Origin: Candidatus Woesearchaeota archaeon
Lineage (GTDB): Archaea; Nanobdellota; Nanobdellia; Pacearchaeales; GW2011-AR1
Reading direction: 5' to 3'
Assembly (NCBI GenBank): GCA_964612685.1
Contig: CAZTCF010000001.1
Span: 83,399-147,398 of the forward strand
DNA: 64,000 nucleotides
The position numbers and the translations under genes were made by a program. Shown here in pieces: positions 8,232-18,358 of this stretch (within the stretch, counting starts at the first letter, position 1; every line of letters begins with the position of its first letter). The notes beneath the pieces are model-generated. The model was not told the DNA's origin and made no database searches. It worked only from the letters and a program-made list of their open reading frames with translations.

Positions 8232-9320
8232 ATGGCAGCTATGAGTAAAGATGCGTTAGAATCGCTATTAGAAGAGCTTGAAAGTCACAAAGGTAGACAC
8301 ACAGAATTAATTACAGTATATATTTCAGCAGGATATGATATTGTTTCGGTTCAGAAGCAGCTGGAGGCAGAAAAATCTACAGCTAAAAATATAAAATCCA
8401 CTTCGACAAGAAAGAATGTTGTAGACGCTTTAGATAAGATTGTTAGGTACATAAAGGATTTTAAGGGAAATCCTGAAAATGGGCTTGCTATCTTTTGTGG
8501 AAATGTTTCAAAAGTAGAGGGACAGGATGATTTACAATTATGGAGTGTTGAACCTCCTTTGCCTTTAAAGATTAGACTTTATAGGTGTGATAAGGATTTT
8601 GTTTTGGAACCATTAAGAGAGCTTTTAGAAGTATCCGAGATTTTTGCTTTGTTGGTTATGGATAGAAAAGAAGCTACAATAGGTGTTCTTGAAGGGAAGA
8701 GAATAGAAATTCTCCAAAAAATGACATCTGGGATTCCCAGTAAAGTACGTGCAGGGGGACAATCAAGCCAGCGTTTTCATAGGATAACCGAGGGTTTAAC
8801 TAAAGATTTTTATAAAAGAATTTCAGATGAGATGAAAAATTTATTTTATGAGAATAAAAAGTTGAAAGGTATATTAATTGGAGGCCCAATTCCAACTAAA
8901 GACGAGTTTATTGATGACGAATATCTACCAACTATTTTAAGAAATAAGATTATAGGAAGGGTGGACATAGGTGGAAGTGATGAATCTGGACTTAAGGAGT
9001 TGGTTGAGAAATCACAGGATATTCTTGCGAGTCAAGAAATTGTTTATGAGAAGAAACTTATGGAGAAGTTTTTCAATACTCTTGGTTCAAAACCAGATTT
9101 TGTGGTGTATAAACAAGATTCTGTTAAAAAAGCACTCGAATATGGTGCAGTTGATACCTTACTTTTATCTAAAGAATATGATAAATCCCTCGCAAAGGAA
9201 TTGAAGAAAATTGCAGATGAGAATGGAACCAAGGTTGAGCTGGTTTCGACAGATACGGAAGAGGGCAAACAATTTTTTCAGTTGTCTGGAGTTGGAGCTT
9301 TATTAAGGTATAAACTTTAA
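8232..9320 (+). CDS. prf1: Peptide chain release factor aRF1
   Basis: NIKS stop-recognition motif (TAKNIKSTSTRKN) and GGQ motif (RAGGQSSQRF). Confidence 0.9.
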   Translation: MAAMSKDALESLLEELESHKGRHTELITVYISAGYDIVSVQKQLEAEKSTAKNIKSTSTRKNVVDALDKIVRYIKDFKGNPENGLAIFCGNVSKVEGQDDLQLWSVEPPLPLKIRLYRCDKDFVLEPLRELLEVSEIFALLVMDRKEATIGVLEGKRIEILQKMTSGIPSKVRAGGQSSQRFHRITEGLTKDFYKRISDEMKNLFYENKKLKGILIGGPIPTKDEFIDDEYLPTILRNKIIGRVDIGGSDESGLKELVEKSQDILASQEIVYEKKLMEKFFNTLGSKPDFVVYKQDSVKKALEYGAVDTLLLSKEYDKSLAKELKKIADENGTKVELVSTDTEEGKQFFQLSGVGALLRYKL

Positions 9321-9832
9321 AATATCTTTATTATTTTATTTGGTATTATAGAAGAATCTTCGCAATGATATACTTTATGGGTTAGCTGATTAAAGAAACC
9401 TTTTAATCTTAAATTATTTTTTTTTATTAAGCTTTTATTTTCTTTATTTATTTTTAACTGTGGAGGTTTGAATGTGGTGGGAGAGAAATCAAAACATTTT
9501 TCAAATTCATATATTCCAAAATCTAAATCTTCCTGAGTGATTTCTTTGTATAAGAATTCTCTATAAGTATGATTTATTCCATGCAGGTAAAGTTTTTTCT
9601 CTAGCGATAAGATAGATTCACACCATTCCTTATTTTCTGATATAAGATTATTGTTATAATTTGGGATTACATAAAGTATATCTGGATTATATTTTTCTAT
9701 TTCTGGACAGGATATTCCAGGAGTTATATCATCAATTTCTGTTGGATTAATCAACCTTATTAGAAATAATAATATTAAGAGAGTTAATATTGAAAAAAAT
9801 ATTGCTTTTCTTATATTTCCTCTTTTTTTCAT
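9317..9832 (-). CDS. Membrane-anchored hypothetical protein (possibly DUF2334/deacetylase-like)
   Basis: N-terminal TM helix. The LHGINHTYREF block loosely resembles DUF2334. It sits at the edge of the glycosylation cluster. Confidence 0.3.
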   Translation of the reverse strand: MKKRGNIRKAIFFSILTLLILLFLIRLINPTEIDDITPGISCPEIEKYNPDILYVIPNYNNNLISENKEWCESILSLEKKLYLHGINHTYREFLYKEITQEDLDFGIYEFEKCFDFSPTTFKPPQLKINKENKSLIKKNNLRLKGFFNQLTHKVYHCEDSSIIPNKIIKIF

Positions 9833-9904
9833 GTATCTGAAAGAAATTTTGTTATTAAATAATTATTGATAATGCTTTTAATGCCTTGAAATTTAATATG
9901 TTTA

Positions 9905-10618
9905 ATGAAATTATCAATTGTATTTCCAGCATATAATGAGGAATCTAGAATTTTGCCGGTATTAAATAGATATTATTCTTTCTTTATGGACAATTTGAGC
10001 AACTCATTTGAATTTATAATTGTGCCGAATAATTGTTCAGATAACACAGTTGAGGTTGTAAATAATTTTTTAAGGGGTAAGAAAAATGTTGCAATAAAAA
10101 CTATCCCAAATAATGTTGGCAAAGGGAGGGCTATTCTTGTTGGATTTAAATTGGCAAAAGGAGATCTAATCGGATTTGTTGATTCAGATGAGAGCACATC
10201 TCCAGAAGAATTTTATAAATTATATAAAAATATTGGGGATTTTAAAGGAATTATCGCTTCAAGAAGGATGAAAAGATCTTTAGTTTCTCCTAGGAGAGAT
10301 ATCTATAAACGATTTAGTAGTTTTTTGTTTAATATTTTTGTTAGACTATTTTTTGGATTAAATTTTAGAGATACTCAATGTGGGGCAAAGATATTCAGGA
10401 GAGAAGTAATAACAAAATTTGTTCCTATTTCTATGTTAAGTGATTGGGCATTTGATATTGATTTATTATATTTCTGTAAGAGAAATAAATATCCTATTTT
10501 AGAATTTCCCATTTTCTGGAAAGATAGTTCTCATTCTCATTTAACAACCTTTCAAGGTATCAAATCTGTTTTATTTTTAATAAAATATAGATTATTCTTT
10601 AAATACCCAAAATATTAA
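9905..10618 (+). CDS. Family 2 glycosyltransferase (dolichyl/polyprenyl-phosphate sugar synthase-like, GtrB/Dpm1-like)
   Basis: IVFPAYNEE start, DxD-type VDSDEST, RDTQCGAKIF block. No long membrane domain. Confidence 0.75.
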   Translation: MKLSIVFPAYNEESRILPVLNRYYSFFMDNLSNSFEFIIVPNNCSDNTVEVVNNFLRGKKNVAIKTIPNNVGKGRAILVGFKLAKGDLIGFVDSDESTSPEEFYKLYKNIGDFKGIIASRRMKRSLVSPRRDIYKRFSSFLFNIFVRLFFGLNFRDTQCGAKIFRREVITKFVPISMLSDWAFDIDLLYFCKRNKYPILEFPIFWKDSSHSHLTTFQGIKSVLFLIKYRLFFKYPKY

Positions 10619-10993
10619 TCCTAAGAAACTTATTGGTATTGAGACTATTAATCCAGAAATTGCAGCAATATTTGCTGAGAGTAATGAATCATTTAATAAA
10701 GATAATACTATCTTACCTGTTAGAACGTTTGCTCCCATTGAGACTGCATAAAGAATTAGGAATTTTGTTATTTGTTTATGTATCTTTCCTTTCCTTGCTT
10801 TAAAAGTTAGGTTTCTATTAGAAGTGAAGTTGAATAGAATCGATACAATTATTCCCCCTATTCTTGAGAGAACAAAGGCAGACGATAAGATGAAAAATAA
10901 GTTAAAAAATGCAAGATCTATTAAGGTTGCTATTCCCCCCGTAATTCCAAAAAAGAAAATTTTTCTGCTTAAATTTGATATTTTTTTGTTCAT
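10592..10993 (-). CDS. GtrA-family small membrane protein
   Basis: 133 aa with four hydrophobic helices. Typical GtrA blocks: FFGITGGIATLIDLAFFNL and SNRNLTFK. Confidence 0.7.
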   Translation of the reverse strand: MNKKISNLSRKIFFFGITGGIATLIDLAFFNLFFILSSAFVLSRIGGIIVSILFNFTSNRNLTFKARKGKIHKQITKFLILYAVSMGANVLTGKIVLSLLNDSLLSANIAAISGLIVSIPISFLGLIFWVFKE

Positions 10994-11038
10994 ATATTTG
11001 TGTACTCTCTTAACTTTTATAAATGAGTATGCTTTTTA

Positions 11039-12928
11039 ATGATTATGAAGAAAGGAGACAAGGAAAATTGGTATTTTATATTTGGAATTTTTCTTATATC
11101 TTTTTTATTATTTTATAAAGCGGCATTATCTAAAGATCCTCTTGGATTAGACACTCTTGGACATTTAAGTAAAGTTTCTTATATTTTTGAATATCCTTTT
11201 TCCAATTGGGATATGTCCTGGTATTCGGGTACTTTATTTTTGAAGTTATACCCTCCTTTATTTTATTATATCGCGGCATTTTCTTCATTAATTTTATCTG
11301 ATACTTTTTTTGCAGCGAATCTTCTTTCTTTTTTAAGTTTGGTATTAACTGTTTTTGGGATATATTTTCTTGTTGAATACTTAACAAAAAATAAAAAAGT
11401 TGCATTCTTTTCTTCTTTGGGTTTTTTGACCGTAATTAGCCTATCTTATTATTGGATATCTGCAGGTAATCTTCCTTATTTTTTTGCATTATTCACTATT
11501 CCCTTTTCTCTTTATTTCTTGGAACGTTCAATTAGAGAGAAGGAAAAGAAATTTTTTGTTTTGTACTCTTTGTTTTTCTTTGTAGGTATACTTACACATA
11601 TAGTTGTTGGTTTTATTATTGGTATTTCTATGGTTATTCGTATATTCTTGGGAGGGTTTAGTTTTTATAACTTTAAGAGAATTTTAATCTATGGAGGCAT
11701 ACCTGTTTTGCTGGCAGGATTTTGGTTTTTTCCATTTATTGTTAATCCCACTTCTTTAATCGAGTATGAAGGGTATATACCTAATCTTTTACAGCCGTTT
11801 GGTTTTAATGATTTTTTCGCTTGGGGTTTGCATGCTGGCGGAATAGGAATATTTTCATTTTTGTTTCTGTTCGCAGTTTTAATATTTGTGCTTTTTTTTG
11901 GAGGTTTTAAAAATAATAAAAATATTTTATTTTATTCTATCATCTCTGCTTTTTTATTGTTTATCTTTTTTGGAGGTTTAGGTAAACATTATCCCTATGG
12001 TGTTGATGCTGTGAGATTTGTACTTCCACTATCTGTATTTATTGTGGTTTTTGTTGGGTTAGTTATAAACTCATTTAAATTCAAGGGTAATAAGATATTT
12101 ATCTTTTCTTTGATTTTATTGTTAGTGTTTGGATTATTTTGGAATTATAAGATTGTTAATAAAAATTTTGAGGATTATTCTTATTATGATGAATGGAGTA
12201 GATATCAAATATTTAGTAATATAATTGATAAAGGGTTCCCTCTTGAGAATGAGTTTCAGAATTACAGGTTTGGTACATGTAAATTTGTTTTCTCTGAGAA
12301 TCTTAATTATTTTATGCCAAATGTTCCTCAGACTTTTGGGTATCAAGATGTAGGTATGTTGAATCCTTCTAGATATTATGATATGCGCTGGAATATTTTT
12401 ATCTCAGAAGACGTTGAAGATTCTATATATTGGCTTGACTGGTTTGGCATAAAATATTTTGAGATAGAAAACTCCGAAGTTAGTGACAAGTTTGTGAATG
12501 ATTCGCGTTTTAATCTTTTAATGGATTCCTCTGGAGGATATAATTTTAAAATGTATGAATATAAAGATTCTAAACCAATTATCTCAATAGCGGATAATTT
12601 ACAAGAGGGTGTTCCTGGAAATTTAAAAGAATTTGATTTTAATAGAGTAAGTCCAGATATTATTGAGATATCTTACAAACCTTCTGATGAAAACGATGTA
12701 ATCTTGTTTAAAGAATTTTATCATAAGAACTGGCAAGCAAAAGAATTGCCTTATGGAGATATACTGGAAGTTAAAGAAGTGGGTCCAGGTTTTATGGGGG
12801 TGTATCCACAAGCAGGGTCTGAAGGAGTTGTATTCTTTTATAAAAAAAGTTTCTTTGATTATATCTCAATTTTTTTAAGCTTCTTTGGTATATTCTTACT
12901 CTTGAAATTAGGTAAGAAAGCTTTGTGA
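11039..12928 (+). CDS. Polytopic membrane protein, probable GT-C-fold glycosyltransferase
   Basis: About 13 predicted TM helices in the N-terminal ~370 aa, then a ~230-aa soluble domain and a final TM helix. The context (GT2 plus GtrA) supports the call. No WWDYG oligosaccharyltransferase motif was seen. Confidence 0.4.
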   Translation: MIMKKGDKENWYFIFGIFLISFLLFYKAALSKDPLGLDTLGHLSKVSYIFEYPFSNWDMSWYSGTLFLKLYPPLFYYIAAFSSLILSDTFFAANLLSFLSLVLTVFGIYFLVEYLTKNKKVAFFSSLGFLTVISLSYYWISAGNLPYFFALFTIPFSLYFLERSIREKEKKFFVLYSLFFFVGILTHIVVGFIIGISMVIRIFLGGFSFYNFKRILIYGGIPVLLAGFWFFPFIVNPTSLIEYEGYIPNLLQPFGFNDFFAWGLHAGGIGIFSFLFLFAVLIFVLFFGGFKNNKNILFYSIISAFLLFIFFGGLGKHYPYGVDAVRFVLPLSVFIVVFVGLVINSFKFKGNKIFIFSLILLLVFGLFWNYKIVNKNFEDYSYYDEWSRYQIFSNIIDKGFPLENEFQNYRFGTCKFVFSENLNYFMPNVPQTFGYQDVGMLNPSRYYDMRWNIFISEDVEDSIYWLDWFGIKYFEIENSEVSDKFVNDSRFNLLMDSSGGYNFKMYEYKDSKPIISIADNLQEGVPGNLKEFDFNRVSPDIIEISYKPSDENDVILFKEFYHKNWQAKELPYGDILEVKEVGPGFMGVYPQAGSEGVVFFYKKSFFDYISIFLSFFGIFLLLKLGKKAL

Positions 12929-12967
12929 ATAAAGTAATTTTATAAACTCAAAGTTATTTTATCATTC

Positions 12968-13759
12968 ATGCCAGCTGGAAGTAAGACTATAAAGGAGATA
13001 GATGAAGCTAAGGAAAAGGAAGATTTGAAAATACTAGAGGCAGTTTTTTTCATATCTGGAAGATTCTTGAATATGCAAGAATTGATATCTTTGAGTGATT
13101 TAAATCCAATAATAATTGGGGATCTAATTGAGAGATTAAAAGATAAATACAATAAAGATGAATCTGCTTTGGAAATTGTTGAGAAAAATGGGCTTTGGAA
13201 AATGGACGTAAGACAAGAATATTCCCATATAATAAATAAGCTTGCAACGGGGAGCTCTGAATTTACTAAGGCCGAACAAGAGACTCTGGCAATAATTGCT
13301 TACAAACACCCAATTAAGCAATCTGTGATAATAAAAATAAGGGGAAATAAGGCATATGATCACATTAAAAAGTTTTCTGATTTAGGATTGATTAAAAAGA
13401 GAAAAATAGGACATACTCATGAGTTAAGTCTTAGTGAAGATTTTTATGATTATTTTAGTGTCTCTGAGAGTGATAGAACAAGTGTTCCTGGATTGAGTAA
13501 GCAAATTGATGAGGAGATTGAGAATGCCGAGAAAGAAGTTGAGGCCGAAGAGGCTGAGGGTAAATTTGATGAGGTAGAAAAATCTGATGAGGTAATTGAG
13601 GAGGGAAAGGATGTTGAAGATGAAGAGGGGGGAGAAGGAGAGGAAGAAGATGAAAGAAATGAAGGAGATGGAGAAGAATATACTAAAGGAGTTCTTGGGA
13701 AGGAAGAGGATTCAATAGAAGAGCTTAGGAAGATTGCAGGAGAGGAAAAAGAGGAATAA
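12968..13759 (+). CDS. scpB: Segregation and condensation protein B (ScpB)-like, with an acidic tail
   Basis: LEAVFFISGRFLNMQEL and LTKAEQETLAIIAYKHPIKQSVIIKIRG match the tandem winged-helix ScpB pattern. The C-terminal ~90 aa are Glu/Asp/Gly-rich. Confidence 0.6.
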   Translation: MPAGSKTIKEIDEAKEKEDLKILEAVFFISGRFLNMQELISLSDLNPIIIGDLIERLKDKYNKDESALEIVEKNGLWKMDVRQEYSHIINKLATGSSEFTKAEQETLAIIAYKHPIKQSVIIKIRGNKAYDHIKKFSDLGLIKKRKIGHTHELSLSEDFYDYFSVSESDRTSVPGLSKQIDEEIENAEKEVEAEEAEGKFDEVEKSDEVIEEGKDVEDEEGGEGEEEDERNEGDGEEYTKGVLGKEEDSIEELRKIAGEEKEE

Positions 13760-13804
13760 GTTTATTACAATAATCCTTAAAAGAGTAATTTTATTGATAA
13801 AATA

Positions 13805-15034
13805 ATGGACGGAATTACAGTTATTTATCTGGTTTATATGTTTATAGCATTTTATTTTTTATTTTTATTTATAATAATCTATATTCAAAATAGAAAGCAA
13901 TTCTTCTATTATCCAAAACCAAATAAAAATTATTCTTTGAGTATTGTAATCCCCTGTTATAATGAGGGTAACACAATTGAGGCAACTGTTAAATCTGTTT
14001 TAGATGCAGGATATAAAAATTTAAAGAAGGTCATTGTGGTTGACGATTGTTCAAAAGATAACTCTTATGAGATAATAAAGAATCTTGAAAAGAAATATTC
14101 TAAGGTAATGGCAGTACAAACACCAAAAAATACTGGGTGCGCTGCAGGTTCAAAGAATTATGGGGCTAAATTTGTTGATACAGAATTAATCGGCTTTAGT
14201 GATGGAGATTCATTCATAGAAAAAGGTTCGATAGACAAAGTTGTTGGTTTTTTTAATGATAAAAGCATAGGAAGCGTTACATGTTCCGTTCTTGTTGAGA
14301 ATAGAAACAAGTTTATTGAAAAGGTTCAGTCCATAGAGTATAAAGTCATAAAGTTCTCAAGGAAACTTCTTGAGTTTATCGATTCAATTTATGTAACTCC
14401 TGGGCCATTGGGGATATTTAGAAAGAGCGCATTTGATGAAATAGGAGGGTTTGATGAGAAAAATTTAACTGAGGATATCGAGATAACTTGGCATCTTCAA
14501 GCTGTGGGTTATAAAGTTAAGATGTCCGTTCCTGCAAGGGCATATACTATTGCTCCATCAAAGATAAAGGATTGGTTTAAACAGAGAAATAGGTGGAATA
14601 TCGGGGGTTTACAGACGATTGCAAAGTATAACAAAGATTGGTTTAAAAAAGGAATGCTTGGAAATTTTATTCTCCCCTTCTTTGTTTTTTCATGGCTTAT
14701 AGGATTATTTGGATTAGGAGTTCTTGTTTATAGGCTATTAAGGGTGTTAATACTTAGGACATTCTCCACTACATATTCTATTCAAACTCAAACAGCACTT
14801 ATAAGGTTTGAAGATATAAGCTTAATGCCAAATATACTTGTATTCTTTGGTTTAACGATATTTTTTCTTAGTTTATGGTTCACTTTTCTTGCGTTAGTGA
14901 ATATGAAGGAAGACAAGCATAAAAGAGAAAACTTCTTTGTGATAGGTTTTTATATGATTTTCTATGTTCTTATATATCCGATAATTTTAATAAGTTCAGC
15001 TTATAAATTTTTAAGAGGACATAGAAAATGGTAG
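13805..15034 (+). CDS. Membrane-integrated processive family 2 glycosyltransferase (cellulose/chitin/hyaluronan-synthase-like)
   Basis: N-terminal TM helix, GT2 core (IVIPCYNEG, VVDDCSKD, SDGDS, TEDIE), the QxxRW motif as QRNRW, and 4-5 C-terminal TM helices. Confidence 0.75.
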   Translation: MDGITVIYLVYMFIAFYFLFLFIIIYIQNRKQFFYYPKPNKNYSLSIVIPCYNEGNTIEATVKSVLDAGYKNLKKVIVVDDCSKDNSYEIIKNLEKKYSKVMAVQTPKNTGCAAGSKNYGAKFVDTELIGFSDGDSFIEKGSIDKVVGFFNDKSIGSVTCSVLVENRNKFIEKVQSIEYKVIKFSRKLLEFIDSIYVTPGPLGIFRKSAFDEIGGFDEKNLTEDIEITWHLQAVGYKVKMSVPARAYTIAPSKIKDWFKQRNRWNIGGLQTIAKYNKDWFKKGMLGNFILPFFVFSWLIGLFGLGVLVYRLLRVLILRTFSTTYSIQTQTALIRFEDISLMPNILVFFGLTIFFLSLWFTFLALVNMKEDKHKRENFFVIGFYMIFYVLIYPIILISSAYKFLRGHRKW

Positions 15035-15693
15035 ATATACTAACTAGCAAAAAAAGGGTATTTTGGGAAGCTTTGCTTTTGACTGTGGTCGTATTTTTAC
15101 TTGGTCTTTTAATAGGGATAGGATACGAGATGACAAAATCCTCTGAGATGAATGATTATTATATTACGTCTGAACTTTCATTGATGGATGTTTTTGCACT
15201 TAATTCCTTGATAAATTTAGGTTCAGAAAGCTGTGCTTCTTTGACTGATGCAAATTTAGCGTTTGCTGATAAAATATATAATGAGGCAGTTATTTTGGAG
15301 AAGTACGAATCTGTGGGAAAAGTTACGAAGGAGATGGAGATCGTTCATAAAAGGTATGATGTTTTGAGAACTTTCTTATGGATAAATACTATAAAAACTT
15401 CTGAAACTTGTGAAAAAGATTATTCTACCGTGGTTTATTTATATGAATATTTCTCTGAAGATTTAGCCCAGAAGGCAAGACAGAATGTCTGGTCAAAAAT
15501 TCTTTCTGATTTAAAGGAAAAGGAAGGGAGTAGTATTCTTTTAATACCAATTGCAGCAGATAGCAATCTTACATCTTTGGACTCTTTAACATCTAAATTC
15601 AATATAACTCAATATCCTGTTGTGATAATAGATGAAAAACATGTAATTCGTGACTTAAGCTCTGTGGAAGAACTTGAGAGATATTTAAATTAG
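15028..15693 (+). CDS. Membrane-anchored hypothetical protein translationally coupled to the processive GT2
   Basis: Its ATG overlaps the GT2 stop (a 7-nt overlap). One N-terminal TM helix, then a ~190-aa soluble domain. Confidence 0.5.
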   Translation: MVDILTSKKRVFWEALLLTVVVFLLGLLIGIGYEMTKSSEMNDYYITSELSLMDVFALNSLINLGSESCASLTDANLAFADKIYNEAVILEKYESVGKVTKEMEIVHKRYDVLRTFLWINTIKTSETCEKDYSTVVYLYEYFSEDLAQKARQNVWSKILSDLKEKEGSSILLIPIAADSNLTSLDSLTSKFNITQYPVVIIDEKHVIRDLSSVEELERYLN

Positions 15694-15776
15694 TTTAATT
15701 TCTTTAAATTTTAATAAGATTTTTATTATTTTTTTATAATACAAATATTAAAAAAGGGGGTATAACTAAATTTTTT

Positions 15777-16592
15777 ATGGCAGATTGTTATAGATGCGGG
15801 GTTTCGGATGAAAGAGAAATATTGTTCGACGCTATTTCAAATAAGGGGCTTATTAAAATATGTAGAAAGTGTTCTGAGGATGAAGGTTTGCCGCTTGTTC
15901 AACCTGTTGATTTAAATAAGCCTGAAAAAAGTAAAACTGTTTATGAAAGACTTTCTGCAATGGCTAATCTTGATCCTGAAAAACATAAAATGATGCTTTT
16001 GGAGATGTCAAGAGAGAATGCTCTTAAGAAATATAAGCAGGATAGGGAAAGAAGGGGACAAGAAGCTACCTTAAGGGGTATTGTTAACAATAGTTATGAT
16101 AAGAAAAAATCTCAATCTAGAACAGATTTAATTCCTAATTTTCATTGGGTAATTATGAGAGCCAGAAGGTCTAAAAAACTCACTCAGAAGCAGTTAGCAG
16201 AGAATATTGGAGAGCCTGAGGCTTCAATAGTTAGTGCTGAAAGCGGGGTTGTTTTAAACAATTCAGATAGTCTTGTGAGAAAACTAGAAAATTATCTTGG
16301 GATTAAGCTAAGAAATATAGAAAGCCCATATTCTTCAGAAGATTTAGCAAAAAGAGAAATAAGAGAGAAGTTGGAAAGAGAGGGTAAGTTGGATGGCAAA
16401 GTATCTGGAAATTTAACAATAGCAGATTTAAAGGAGATGAATGAGGAGAAAGAAAGCGAGGGTTCAAAAGGATTTTTTTCTTTTTTAAAAAGAAAGAAGA
16501 AAAAACAAGAGGTAAATTCTGAGGGAGAACTATCTAATGCGGAAGGAGATATTTCTAATGAGGAAGCAGATAACATACTTTTTGGCAAGTAA
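15777..16592 (+). CDS. Zinc-ribbon plus HTH (XRE/MBF1-like) protein with a charged C-terminal tail
   Basis: N-terminal CYRCG...CRKC ribbon. Central HTH: RARRSKKLTQKQLAENIGEPEASIVSAESG. It is longer than a typical aMBF1. Confidence 0.5.
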   Translation: MADCYRCGVSDEREILFDAISNKGLIKICRKCSEDEGLPLVQPVDLNKPEKSKTVYERLSAMANLDPEKHKMMLLEMSRENALKKYKQDRERRGQEATLRGIVNNSYDKKKSQSRTDLIPNFHWVIMRARRSKKLTQKQLAENIGEPEASIVSAESGVVLNNSDSLVRKLENYLGIKLRNIESPYSSEDLAKREIREKLEREGKLDGKVSGNLTIADLKEMNEEKESEGSKGFFSFLKRKKKKQEVNSEGELSNAEGDISNEEADNILFGK

Positions 16593-16636
16593 ACCCAATA
16601 GAAAACCTTTTTAAACTAATTTTATTGTAAACTATA

Positions 16637-16900
16637 ATGGAAATGAATATTCTTAAGGAGTCTAAGGAAGAAATTGAAGTTGAAATTGAAAGTTTGACAT
16701 TAGTTGAAATATTAAGAGTATATCTTAACAAGGATTCTTCAGTTACATTTGCTGCCTGGAAAAGAGAGCATCCTACAAAGAAACCTATTCTAGCAGTGAA
16801 GACTAAGGGTAAGACTCCTAAGAAAGCAATAAATGATGCAATTGCTCTAATAATCAAAGATTTGGATAAAATAGAATCTGATTTCAAGAAACTGAAGTAA
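16637..16900 (+). CDS. rpoL: DNA-directed RNA polymerase subunit L (Rpo11)
   Basis: 87 aa. The pattern EIEVEIES.T...L...L..D..V.FAAWKREHP....PILAVKTKG is typical of Rpo11/RpoL. Confidence 0.7.
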   Translation: MEMNILKESKEEIEVEIESLTLVEILRVYLNKDSSVTFAAWKREHPTKKPILAVKTKGKTPKKAINDAIALIIKDLDKIESDFKKLK

Positions 16901-16954
16901 ATTTAACTTATTCTTTACAATAATCCTTATTAATTCGTTCTATGCTATAGATTT

Positions 16955-17689
16955 ATGAAAACAGAGAAGATTTCAACGGGAAGTTATGATTTAAATACCT
17001 GGCTTTATGGAGGTTATGAAAAAGATATAATAACGATGATTGCAGGCCCCCCTGGTTGCGGAAAAACTAATTTTGTCCTCTTGTCTTCTTGCAGTCAGGC
17101 TAAGAAAGGAAATAAAGTTATTTTTGTGGATACTGAAGGGGGATTTAGTGTTGAAAGAGTTAAACAGATTGTTGGAGCAGAAAACTATGAGGGTGTTTTA
17201 AATAATATTTTACTTTTGAAACCGACTAGTTTTGAAGAACAAAAAAAAGATTTTTTGAAATTACTTAGCTTTGTTAAAAAAGGAGATGTTGGATTAATTG
17301 TTGTTGATGGGATGGCTATGCTTTACAGACTTGAGATAGGCGATGCACATAATTCAGGAGATGATGAGAGAGTAAAAGAAGTTAATAGGGAAATTGCCAA
17401 ACAAATGAGAATATTTGCAGAGATTTCAAGAAAGCAGAACATACCTATTTTGATAACAAATCAGGTTTATATGGAATTCCTTTCTGAAGAGGATTTCAAA
17501 AAAGGGGTTGAAAGAAATACAAACATTGTTGGAGGAGATTTGTTTAAATATTGGAGCAAGTGTATAATTGAGTTAAAGAATGATGGGGGGAGGAGGAAGG
17601 CAATTCTACTCAAGCATAGGAATTTACCTCAGAAAGAGATGGGATTTATGATAAAAAATGAAGGTATCTTTAAAAAGGGATGGATTTAA
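16955..17689 (+). CDS. radB: DNA repair and recombination protein RadB
   Basis: RecA-fold protein lacking the RadA N-terminal domain. Walker A GPPGCGKTNF, Walker B-like LIVVDG, ~240 aa. Confidence 0.75.
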   Translation: MKTEKISTGSYDLNTWLYGGYEKDIITMIAGPPGCGKTNFVLLSSCSQAKKGNKVIFVDTEGGFSVERVKQIVGAENYEGVLNNILLLKPTSFEEQKKDFLKLLSFVKKGDVGLIVVDGMAMLYRLEIGDAHNSGDDERVKEVNREIAKQMRIFAEISRKQNIPILITNQVYMEFLSEEDFKKGVERNTNIVGGDLFKYWSKCIIELKNDGGRRKAILLKHRNLPQKEMGFMIKNEGIFKKGWI

Positions 17690-17691
17690 AA

Positions 17692-18264
17692 TTATTTTTT
17701 AGATTTAATACTTTTTCTTTCGGAGTTTATAAATAACACAATAAGGCCTAGAACAAATAAGCCTATTCCAATTATACTCGATGTAGTGAATGATGAGTCT
17801 GATATTGCATTTCCAGTTATTCTTCCAGATAAGAATATAAACGAGAAGAAAAATGTTAAAAATGCGAGTATTAAATTAAGCATACCCTCTAAAGACATTC
17901 TTTTTTGTTTATCTATTGCTTGTTTTTCTTTTTCAGACTCGTTTGCTTTCTTGTAATGTACTCTTGCACTTACTGGTTCATTATAAGCCATTTCTACATC
18001 TCCCATACTTCTCCATAATGCATTTGCTTTGCTTTCTATTCCCGCTTTATGATAATATTCTGCAGCGTTTTCTAAATCTTCTTTTTTAAGATATAATCCT
18101 GCAAGGGTTTCGTAGTATGCCTTTTTTTCATTAAGTTTGAGCATACCTACTTTGGGTTCAATGGATTGTAAGTACTTTATCTTTTCAGAATCTGTTTTAA
18201 ATTTCTCTAATTTTTCTTTAATTTGCTCTTTTGTCATCTCTTTTTGAGCTTCTTTTTTTGTCAT
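17692..18264 (-). CDS. TPR-like protein with a C-terminal membrane anchor
   Basis: The ORF track extends to 18501 and overlaps the next gene. The ATG at 18264 (MTKKEAQKE...) removes the overlap. Helical repeat region (YYETLAGLYLKKEDLENAAEYYHKAG) and two C-terminal hydrophobic helices. Confidence 0.5.
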   Translation of the reverse strand: MTKKEAQKEMTKEQIKEKLEKFKTDSEKIKYLQSIEPKVGMLKLNEKKAYYETLAGLYLKKEDLENAAEYYHKAGIESKANALWRSMGDVEMAYNEPVSARVHYKKANESEKEKQAIDKQKRMSLEGMLNLILAFLTFFFSFIFLSGRITGNAISDSSFTTSSIIGIGLFVLGLIVLFINSERKSIKSKK

Positions 18265-18358
18265 TATACTATTATCCTTTTTTGGTTTAAATATATTATG
18301 TATTTTTAAGAGAATATTGTTGTAATTTATTAAGTAGTTACAAATCAATTTAAAGTGG

